A stretch of 49,483 nt of DNA from Planctomycetota bacterium (GCA_013202185.1 JABMSA010000270.1:1-49483), one strand, 5' to 3'; positions 36,448 to 43,592 are shown, numbered from the stretch's first letter. The notes: generated from the sequence alone by a model not told the origin. Numbers and translations: made by a program.

Positions 36448-37556
36448 TGTTCGGTCGGCTGTGCAACCACCTTGGACGTTCCGAAGGCAAAAACGCTCAC
36501 TTTGTTCTTGCCATACTGGCTTGTGACCAGTATCAAGTACTGCGCGTCGAAGCTTGGCGCAATGTATTCCCGGAATAATTCGAGATTGTCGTAGTCTACT
36601 ATTACCTGTGCGGGCAGGAGGAGGCCCCCGTTTCCGTCTTCGTCGCCGGCGCCGCCGAAGTGCATCAGTGCCCGGCCCTCCTTGTTGAAGAGCTTTACGA
36701 TGCGCATTTTGTTGTCGACGACGTACACGATGCCCTCGCGGTCCACCGCTATGCCCTTTGGCAGCGCGAAGCGGCCGGGGGTGTCTCCGGCCTTGCCGAA
36801 TTGCAGGAGCGGCGTGCCGGTGACATCAATCTTCTGGACGCGGAAGTTAAGCATATCGCTGACGAGAATATGCCCGTCGCTGTCGAGTGCGAAGTTCGAC
36901 GGATAGTTGTATTCGCCCGGCTCTACGCCCCTGGCGCCCAGGGTGCGTTTCAGCTTGCGGGTCTTCTTGTCATATACTTTAATGTTGTGCTCCTTGATAT
37001 TGAGCACGAATACCTCTTCTCCGTACACGAGCACGTCGGCGGGCCGGAAGTCTTTTGTCTCGCCGTACGCGGTGACGTATGTGCCATCAGGACGATACAC
37101 GAGCACCTGGTTACGAACGGTATCGGCCACGTACAGCAGGCCGTCCTCGGCGAAGAAGATATTGATAGGCATCTTCAGCTTGCCCGGGCCCGTATTGCCT
37201 AGGGTCTTGCGGCGCTTGTTGCGCATGTCCATCACTACAATGCATGAGTCGCCACTGTCGGCAACGTATACCTTGCCGTCGCGAATGGCCACACCATAGG
37301 GCTTGACGATTGTTTTTCTGGCGGTCGGACGTTCCCCGACAATGAAGCGCTCGAGCCAGCCGGCCTCAGGCGCGGTGTCTTCGGAGCGTTTGAGGTTGCA
37401 CAGGAACTGTATGCGCGGTTCCTCCGGCGCGGGTGGGAAGAAAACGGGGTCCTTCGTGGCGACGGCCTGGATGTCGTCTCTCACGGGGCTTGCACAGCCG
37501 GCAACCGCCAGGCAGATGATCAGTATGGATATCGCTGCGGAAAAGGTTCTGGCCAT
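36444..37556 (-). CDS. NHL-repeat beta-propeller lipoprotein
   Basis: The ATG at 37556 gives MARTFSAAISILIICLAVAGCASP (lipobox VAGC). Repeats of the type KPYGVAIRDGKVYVADSGD, GEYNYPSNFALDSDGHILVSDMLNFRVQKID, GRFALPKGIAVDREGIVYVVD. The track ORF is 5'-extended to 37763. Confidence 0.85.
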   Translation of the reverse strand: MARTFSAAISILIICLAVAGCASPVRDDIQAVATKDPVFFPPAPEEPRIQFLCNLKRSEDTAPEAGWLERFIVGERPTARKTIVKPYGVAIRDGKVYVADSGDSCIVVMDMRNKRRKTLGNTGPGKLKMPINIFFAEDGLLYVADTVRNQVLVYRPDGTYVTAYGETKDFRPADVLVYGEEVFVLNIKEHNIKVYDKKTRKLKRTLGARGVEPGEYNYPSNFALDSDGHILVSDMLNFRVQKIDVTGTPLLQFGKAGDTPGRFALPKGIAVDREGIVYVVDNKMRIVKLFNKEGRALMHFGGAGDEDGNGGLLLPAQVIVDYDNLELFREYIAPSFDAQYLILVTSQYGKNKVSVFAFGTSKVVAQPTEQ

Positions 37557-37603
37557 GGTAGGGTTCTTCTTTGCTGGGAATCGACCACCGGCACCACAAG
37601 CTT

Positions 37604-37639
37604 CCCCGTTCCGAAGCTGATTGGAACTCCGGAACGGGG
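37604..37639 (-). repeat. Perfect 10-bp inverted repeat (intercistronic stem-loop)
   Basis: CCCCGTTCCG (37604-37613) and CGGAACGGGG (37630-37639) with a 16-nt loop. It lies in the 104-nt gap between the tetraheme gene and the NHL lipoprotein gene. No U-tract follows on the transcribed strand. Confidence 0.5.
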
Positions 37640-37660
37640 GAGGCGGGATTTGACGAGTGA

Positions 37661-38284
37661 TTACTTCTGAGAGGTATGACAGGCAACGCACAGAGCGCTG
37701 CCAGTGTTGGGTGCGCGCAGGAGGCTGTCCGCGTCGGTGTGCGGTGTGTGGCAGGTTGAGCACTCGATCCTGTGCTCTGTGACCATGGTGCCGGTGCCGG
37801 TGCCGTCATCCACCTCATGAGAGAACAGAGGCAGGTATGGCGAGGTTGCGGGCGGGTCCACCAAAATACCCTCCATACGGCCGCCCCGAACAGGCACCGT
37901 GCCGGCGCGACGGCTGCTGTCGCCATAGTCCACGCCGACCGGGTGGTCCTTGGTGAGGTCCGTGCCGAGCGCATGATCTGCCAGCGTCTCGCCGGGCGTG
38001 TCTGATTGAGAAATGGCAGTGACGCCGTCGTGGCAGCTCATGCACAGAAGTGACCCATGACCCAGAGAGGCGTCTGCACGCACGGCGATTGCGACTCCAT
38101 CCTGCTGAGCCCACAGATAGTCATCCTCTGTCGATCCGTGAGGAATGTGACAAGGCTTGCACACCTCCCCGTTGGCGATATCGTAATCTGCTGACATGTT
38201 GTGAGGGCCATCAGCCACGCCTCCGAAAGACGCCATCGAGACCGCACCAACAAACATCATTGCCAAAATCACTATTCTAGACAT
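37661..38284 (-). CDS. Tetraheme c-type cytochrome (paralog 2)
   Basis: 207 aa with a signal peptide. CKPCH, CMSCH, CSTCH, CVACH. Has the DHPVGVDY motif. Same length and motif order as the gene at 38508-39131. Confidence 0.85.
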   Translation of the reverse strand: MSRIVILAMMFVGAVSMASFGGVADGPHNMSADYDIANGEVCKPCHIPHGSTEDDYLWAQQDGVAIAVRADASLGHGSLLCMSCHDGVTAISQSDTPGETLADHALGTDLTKDHPVGVDYGDSSRRAGTVPVRGGRMEGILVDPPATSPYLPLFSHEVDDGTGTGTMVTEHRIECSTCHTPHTDADSLLRAPNTGSALCVACHTSQK

Positions 38285-38507
38285 TATTCATGACTCCTTT
38301 GCTAAGGTCCGAAAAAAAACAGAAACGCAAAGTCCAAACAGCTCTTACTTCTTCAGTGTTGCCGCAGCACCACCTCCTTTCATTCTTTTTTCTGTCGAGG
38401 TCAATATGTGGGCTTCTGCCTTGTCTCATCCCTGAACCGTAGCATCTGCCTTTCGTTTACTGTTTTCGCCGCATTCCCTGCGCGACGTCTGAAATCATGG
38501 CAATTAC

Positions 38508-39131
38508 TCACCAGGTCGCATGACACGCAATGCACATTGCACTGCCGTCATTTACAAAGCGAAGCAAATAGTCTTTGCTGGTGTTGTGCACCGCGTGGCA
38601 AGTGGCGCATTCCACTTGAACTTTCCCGGTTGTGGCGTTCTCGTAAAGCGGCAGATATTTGCCGCTGCCGGCGTCGATGCCCTCCTGATCCTCGTAGATT
38701 ATCGTTTTCTCCGCGTACCGCGAGCTGTCGGGATATTCGATGCCTACCGGATGATCGTCGGTCAATTTCATTCCGACGGACGACCGGCCTGTGAGTATCC
38801 AGCCGCCCGAGTTGTCGCCGCCAGTGTAGTTGTCGCGGACGGTTTGCCCGTCGTGGCAACCCAGGCACATCAGCGATTCATCTCCGAGGGTGGCGCCCTC
38901 CCACGTTGTGAAGGCGGTTCCGGGCTGGTAGGCGTGATTCCACAAGTAGCCTACAGTGTCGTCGCCGTCGTGCGGGGTGTGGCACGGCAGGCACAGCTCC
39001 GCGTTCGAGTTCGACCCTCTGAGATCGTGCTTGCTGTTTTTCATGTTCGCCAGCGATTCACCTGTCCACGGCGGCCCGATGACCAAAGCCGATACAAGTG
39101 CTATTCCTATGATGCGTTTCACGGCTCTCAT
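38508..39131 (-). CDS. Tetraheme c-type cytochrome (paralog 1)
   Basis: 207 aa from the ATG at 39131 (MRAVKRIIGIALVSALVIGPP signal peptide). CLPCH, CLGCH, CATCH, CIACH. Has the DHPVGIEY motif. The track ORF is 5'-extended to 39215. Confidence 0.85.
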   Translation of the reverse strand: MRAVKRIIGIALVSALVIGPPWTGESLANMKNSKHDLRGSNSNAELCLPCHTPHDGDDTVGYLWNHAYQPGTAFTTWEGATLGDESLMCLGCHDGQTVRDNYTGGDNSGGWILTGRSSVGMKLTDDHPVGIEYPDSSRYAEKTIIYEDQEGIDAGSGKYLPLYENATTGKVQVECATCHAVHNTSKDYLLRFVNDGSAMCIACHATW

Positions 39132-39265
39132 AACTGCATACCCTGTGACCCTTTCTTTTCGTTTCCTTTTGGTGTGAACGCATCCTTGCGAACATTCATT
39201 TGTGAGGTTATCCATCTGAAAACCGGCTGAGAGGCCAACGTGCGCCCTCTCGCCCGTTTTTCAAT

Positions 39266-40699
39266 TCACGGTGCTTTCTCAGCCTCCTCTTCTTCCGGAG
39301 CCCCCTTTCCTCTTGGCGGCGAGACCGCCCGCGCCGAGTAGTTCACCGCCTCCAGACGATCGTATCGTTTCGGGAGGTGGCAGCCGGAATCACAGTTTCC
39401 GCCGTTCTTTGTCCCGCTGAAGCCGATGGGCATGTCCCACTCTCCGAAGCGTGCGGTTGCCCTGACCAACTTGGGTGCATCCGTAGCGTGCGACGCGTGG
39501 CACGCGTGACACGCCCTTCCCTTGCGTTTCTTGTTTACATGCAGGAAGTGCAGGTTGCGGCTGCCATTGCGGAAATTGGTGGCCGTTTCGGTCTTGGCCT
39601 CGAGGACGAGCGCGTTGTTGTGGCAGCCGAAACACAGGGCGTATTCTTCCAGCTTGAAAGGCTTATAAAAATCGGGGGAGTAGCGCTTCGAGAGAAGCTG
39701 CGGTTTGTGCGGCCCGTGCACGTCGTGGCAGCCGGTGCAGGTGCCTTCCTGCACGGGAGCGTGCTTGAACTTGGGTCGCACTACCGTTCTTCGGATGTCG
39801 GGGATCGTGCGCCCGTCGAACATCTTGGATCCAGTGTGGCAGCCCAGGCACTGCTCCACCTGCGGCTTGCGCCCGAGCCCCACTACGTCGGAGACGTGTG
39901 GCTGGTGGCACTGCTCGCAGCCGTGATCTCTGAGGGCCGCCGCGTGCGAGTTGACCTTGTCGTCGCCAACCATTTTCTTGTCTTCGTGGCACTTGTAGCA
40001 CAAGTCGGGCCGGGCGGCCACGAGGAGCTTGGGTGCGTCGGAGCCGTGCCCCTTGTGACATGTCAGGCACCCTTGCTCAACCGGCTTGTGAACGCTCTTG
40101 TAAGTTTTGGAGTCATCGATTATCTCATCGTGGCACAGCGTGCACGTCTCGCGCTCGGTGCCTTTCAGCAACTTTGCGTGGTCGGAGTCATGCGCTTCGT
40201 GGCAGGCCGTACACAGCTTGAGCCCCACCGGCGCGTGAACGTGCTTTTTTCCGCCGGCGGTTGGCACGTCGTCGTGGCACGTTATGCAAAGCTCGCCGGG
40301 CTCTTCATTGAGCAGCAGCATTTCGTTGTTGGCACTATGAGGATTGTGGCAAGCGGCGCATTCGCCTGCCTCCGCCGGGAAGTGCTTCACCTTTTGGCTT
40401 ACCACGCCGATGTGGCAACCCGAGCAGAGCTTCTCGGACTCTCGCGCCAAGCCAAACTTGTGCCTGGCTTCGTTGCTCACGGTGTGGCAACTGCTGCACA
40501 TGTCGGCTGCGACCGGTCCGTGGACAAACTTGTTCTTCTTGAGGGCGTCGTGGCAGCCGGCTTCCGAGCAGCTTCTGCCCTTGAGGCTGGCAGGCGGCTT
40601 GGGTTTGGCGGCCTCGCCGGCCGGGGCCGGGCTGGCGTGAAGCACAGCCAGGATCAAGCCGCTTACCGCTGTGAGTGTGTGGGTTGTTCTCAACGTCAT
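39266..40699 (-). CDS. Secreted multiheme cytochrome c (13 CXXCH + CX4CH + CX3CH), c7/c3-repeat type
   Basis: Signal peptide. CSSCH, CSGCH, CAACH, CITCH, CTACH, CTLCH, CLTCH, CYKCH, CEQCH, CLGCH, CTGCH, CFGCH, CHACH plus CSEAGCH and CDSGCH. Repeated K..H.PV...C..CH units. ATG at 40699; the track begins at TTG 40702. Confidence 0.85.
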   Translation of the reverse strand: MTLRTTHTLTAVSGLILAVLHASPAPAGEAAKPKPPASLKGRSCSEAGCHDALKKNKFVHGPVAADMCSSCHTVSNEARHKFGLARESEKLCSGCHIGVVSQKVKHFPAEAGECAACHNPHSANNEMLLLNEEPGELCITCHDDVPTAGGKKHVHAPVGLKLCTACHEAHDSDHAKLLKGTERETCTLCHDEIIDDSKTYKSVHKPVEQGCLTCHKGHGSDAPKLLVAARPDLCYKCHEDKKMVGDDKVNSHAAALRDHGCEQCHQPHVSDVVGLGRKPQVEQCLGCHTGSKMFDGRTIPDIRRTVVRPKFKHAPVQEGTCTGCHDVHGPHKPQLLSKRYSPDFYKPFKLEEYALCFGCHNNALVLEAKTETATNFRNGSRNLHFLHVNKKRKGRACHACHASHATDAPKLVRATARFGEWDMPIGFSGTKNGGNCDSGCHLPKRYDRLEAVNYSARAVSPPRGKGAPEEEEAEKAP

Positions 40700-40729
40700 C
40701 AAAACCGATGTCCTGCGTTGCCTGGGTCG

Positions 40730-41275
40730 TTACAGTTCTTCGAGGAGATCGGCGTCGACCTCCATCGCAGCGCCCTGACCGATGAAGTCTACCTGGATCA
40801 CAAACCGCGCCTTGCCGCACGTGCGAACGACTATGCCCTCGACGCCCGCAAACGGCCCCGCGCTGATGCGGCACCGCTTGCCCCGAGCCACCTGGGGGTA
40901 AGGATCCAGCAGGGCATCGGCCTGGAGGGCTCGCTCAATCGCCGTGAGTTCCCTCACGAACCCTGCCTGGTCGGGTATGTCGAGCACTTGGGCGATCCGG
41001 TTGGTGGTCATCGCGGCGTAGCGGTCGCCGCCGCTGCCGCACATGAATATGTAAGAAGGAAAGAGCGGAAGAAGAACATGACGTTTTCTCCCGCCCGACA
41101 CCTTCACGCGCTCGATCATGGGCAAGAAGTACCCGATCCCGAGCCGGTGCAAGTCCCAAGCCAGAGCCTTTTCTGCACGCGCCTTTGTGTGAGCTACCCA
41201 CCACTGACCGTCCAACTGAGCGAGCCGCTCAACGGACGCGGACAAAACCGGCGGATTCTCGGATAACTTAAGCAT
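40730..41275 (-). CDS. NusG paralog (RfaH/UpxY/LoaP-like operon-specific antiterminator)
   Basis: 181 aa from the ATG at 41275. NGN-like WWVAHTKARAEKALAWDLHRLGIGYFLPM ... LFPSYIFM. KOW-like GKRCRISAGPFAGVEGIVV. It is the first gene of the cytochrome block. Confidence 0.8.
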   Translation of the reverse strand: MLKLSENPPVLSASVERLAQLDGQWWVAHTKARAEKALAWDLHRLGIGYFLPMIERVKVSGGRKRHVLLPLFPSYIFMCGSGGDRYAAMTTNRIAQVLDIPDQAGFVRELTAIERALQADALLDPYPQVARGKRCRISAGPFAGVEGIVVRTCGKARFVIQVDFIGQGAAMEVDADLLEEL

Positions 41276-41468
41276 CGGAAAGGATCGCCCGGGCACACTC
41301 CGTCCCTGTCGGTGCACCGAAATCAGACAGTTGCGGTAGACCTACAGGGGTGGCATGCACCCATAATCTCTCAGTTGTTAGACGTTCGCGGCTTCTCTGA
41401 CGGATGCTCTCTCGCTTCCGATTCTCACGAGGCCCGAGTTGTAGGTGCCATCGCAAGAGGAGAATTTC

Positions 41469-41492
41469 GCCAGCCATCTTCTTGGCTGGCGG
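41469..41492 (-). promoter_or_regulatory. Perfect 9-bp stem / 6-nt loop hairpin in the operon leader (possible attenuator or processing site)
   Basis: CGCCAGCCA-tcttct-TGGCTGGCG. On the transcribed (minus) strand it is followed by AAATTCTCCTCTT. It lies between the sigma54-like promoter and the NusG-paralog start. Confidence 0.45.
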
Positions 41493-41519
41493 CCGACACA
41501 CCCGTCGTGTTACTAACCA

Positions 41520-41535
41520 AGCAATTTACGTACCA
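41520..41535 (-). promoter_or_regulatory. Candidate sigma54 (-24/-12) promoter for the NusG-paralog / cytochrome operon
   Basis: The minus strand reads TGGTACGTAAATTGCT. The consensus is TGGCAC-N5-TTGCW. There is one mismatch and the GG-N10-GC spacing is correct. It lies about 245 nt upstream of the ATG at 41275. A sigma54-dependent activator gene is divergent. Confidence 0.45.
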
Positions 41536-41586
41536 CGCAGCCGAAAAAGGGGCAAAATGCCTCATTGCGAGAGCGTAACACGTGGC

Positions 41587-41608
41587 TGCACCGTGATTTA
41601 CAAGTGCA
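41587..41608. promoter_or_regulatory. Inverted repeat TGCACC-N11-GTGCA (possible enhancer-binding-protein site)
   Basis: TGCACC (41587-41592) and GTGCA (41604-41608), about 55-85 bp upstream of the -24 element. The half-sites resemble NtrC-type TGCACC/GGTGCA, but the spacing differs from the classical site. Confidence 0.2.
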
Positions 41609-41758
41609 AGTAGAGCCTCCACCCGCATGCTGCATTCGCCGGCAGATTTCCCATTGCTGGTATTCCGGGAGCCGGTTGCGTCCCAACAGTGAGAAACTCG
41701 CTAATCGCCATCGAAAAGCCACCGGCGAAATATTCTTAGAAAAATCCGGATCTTTTTC

Positions 41759-41787
41759 TTGACTTTTAGAATTCTATGAGGTATAAT
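41759..41787 (+). promoter_or_regulatory. Near-consensus sigma70 promoter facing the kinase remnant and sigma54 activator gene
   Basis: TTGACT (41759-41764), exactly 17 nt, TATAAT (41782-41787), inside a conspicuously AT-rich stretch (about 41720-41810) of an otherwise GC-rich window. Confidence 0.5.
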
Positions 41788-41843
41788 ACTTAGAGAGTTC
41801 TCACAGATGAGATTGCCGTGACGTCGAGGCCGACGCCTCCTAA

Positions 41844-42218
41844 TTGCTCCGCCGTCGAGGTGCGTTGGACATGACCACTTGCAGCAACCGACATGGCTCG
41901 CGACCATGCCAACCAACGACCCCAAATGAGGGGGCGTTGATGAAGCGGCGCGGGCGCCCGGCCGATACGCAAGAGCAATCTTGCCGCGCGTTCGAACCCT
42001 TTTACAGCGCGAAAATCCCAAGGGAAGGCACGGGGCTGGGCCTTACGCTGTTGCGGAGGCCGGTCGAGCAGCAGGGAGGGCGCATCACTCTGAACAGCGC
42101 TCCGGGTGAAGGAACAGTTGCTACGGTGTCGTTCGAGGTCGTTGGGCAAGGGGCCAAGGCCGACGAAGCCTCCATCGGCAGCAGCGAACCACCTGCGGAT
42201 CGGAGGGCCGATGCCTAA
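41844..42218 (+). pseudogene. Histidine kinase remnant (only the C-terminal HATPase G-box region)
   Basis: From about nt 41960 the ORF reads AFEPFYSAKIPREGTGLGLTLLRRPVEQQGGRITLNSAPGEGTVATVSFEV, the last roughly 55 residues of a HATPase_c domain. No H-box or N-box is found in any upstream frame. It overlaps the regulator start by 8 nt, like an intact kinase-regulator pair. Confidence 0.5.
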
Positions 42219-43575
42219 GACAATACTCGTTGTCGACGACGAGCGAACCGTTCGCGAAACCCTGGCCAGCGTCCTCGAAGACACGGGCTTCAAGGTATCC
42301 GTTGCGGCCGACGGCCTCTAGGCCGTGCAACTGCTGGCCGATGGGCAGTTCCACGTGGCCCTGGTCGACATCCGCATGCCCGGCCTCGACGGCCTGCAGG
42401 TGCTCACCAGATCCCGCGAGATATCTCCCAACACACAGGTGATCATCATCACGGCATTTGGCACGGTCGACAGCGCCGTGGAGGCCATCAAGCTGGGTGC
42501 CAGCGACTACGTTGTCAAGCCGTTCGTTTTCGACGACATCATTATAAAGATCAACCGCCTGCTCGACATGCAACGCCTCACCGCAGAGAACACCTTCTTG
42601 CGCACCGCCCTGGGCGAGCAGTACCGCTTCGACGGAATCATCGGCGAGAGCAAGCAGCTTCAGGCCCTTCTGGCGACCGTCGAGAAGCTTGCGCGAACGC
42701 GCACCACCGCCCTGATCATCGGCGACAGCGGCACCGGCAAGGAGCTGATCGCGCGCGCCATTCACTACGGCGGAATCACCAAGGCCGGAGAATTCGTTGC
42801 CATCAACTGCGCCTCGATGCCCGAGAACCTGGTGGAAAGCGAACTCTTCGGACACCGGCGCGGAGCTTTCACCGGGGCCGACGCCAACAAGCCCGGGCTC
42901 TTCGAGATCGCCGACCGAGGCACAGTGTTCCTCGACGAAGTGAGCAACATGCCCCTCCCAATGCAGGCAAAGCTGCTGCGGGCAATAGAGGAAAAGCAAA
43001 TAATGCCGCTGGGCGCCACGGAGCCCGTCAGCGTCGAAGCGCGAATACTGTGCGCAACAAATGCCGACCTGAAAACCGAAACCGACGCCGGGCGCTTTCG
43101 CGAAGACCTGTACTACCGCCTCAGCGTAGTCGAGATGCGCATTCCGCCACTGCGCGAGCGCCGCGAAGACATCCCGGCGCTCATCGACCATTTCGTGGCA
43201 CAATACGCCGGCGAACTCAAGAGCGCCTGCCGCGGAGCTACAGACAACGCCCTGCGAGCAATGATGGCATACTCGTGGCCGGGCAACGTCCGCGAGCTCA
43301 AGAACGTAATCGAGCGGGCGATGATCTTCGCAGACAACCGGGAGATCGACGTCGGCGACCTCGCCTTTGTGTCCGAGACCACCGAAGGAGCCCCGCAGGC
43401 GGACAGCGACCTGAGGTCCGCCGTACGAGCTTACGAAAGGCAGCACATCCTGCAGGCGCTCACCGGCAACAACTTCGACAAGGCCGCCACGGCCCGGGCG
43501 CTCAATGTGGGCGTCAGCAGCCTTTACAGAAAAATGGACGAATTCGGCATCGGCAAACGGCCTCCGAAACAATAG
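42211..43575 (+). pseudogene. Sigma54-dependent response regulator (NtrC family: receiver + AAA+ + Fis HTH) interrupted by an in-frame TAG at 42319-42321
   Basis: - ATG at 42211 is preceded by GGAGGG.
- MPKTILVVDDERTVRETLASVLEDTGFKVSVAADGL-TAG-AVQLLADGQFHVALVDIRMPGLDG is one continuous receiver domain in a single frame.
- AAA+ motifs GDSGTGKE and GAFTGA are present, with a C-terminal HTH.
- The downstream open part is 42325..43575. Confidence 0.8.
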
Positions 43576-43592
43576 AAGATAGAGGTCCTCAA

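Noticed and set aside
38345-38383. 12-codon mini-ORF (MKGGGAAATLKK) in the spacer between the tetraheme paralogs
   Set aside because: It has no Shine-Dalgarno sequence and is too short to assess. It is probably a chance ORF.
39377-41266. 629-aa + strand ORF spanning the 15-site cytochrome and NusG-paralog region
   Set aside because: It is antisense to genes with clear CXXCH and NGN/KOW signatures. Its translation is Arg/Ala/Gly/Val-rich with no recognisable motifs, which is typical of shadow ORFs in GC-rich DNA.
41333-41339. GCGGTAG, the core of the RfaH ops element (GGCGGTAGnnTG), in the leader region
   Set aside because: It is on the + strand, which is the template strand for the minus-strand operon, whereas ops acts on the non-template strand. 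A 7-mer is expected several times by chance in a window this size.
41665-41684. The minus strand reads GGGACGCAACCGGCUCCCGG, reminiscent of the GGGACGCAAAGCC.CCGG core of GEMM-I (c-di-GMP / cGAMP) riboswitches found upstream of Geobacter cytochrome genes
   Set aside because: - I could not find the upstream GGCAAA / GNRA-tetraloop hairpin or a convincing closing helix.
- The segment lies upstream of the predicted sigma54 start site.
- Only a covariance-model search (Rfam RF01051) could rescue it.
42319-42321. The in-frame TAG read as pyrrolysine or another recoding event
   Set aside because: TAG terminates several ordinary genes in this window (nqrE, nqrC, hemL, the receiver gene, the activator itself). 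No pyl genes or PYLIS-like context are visible.
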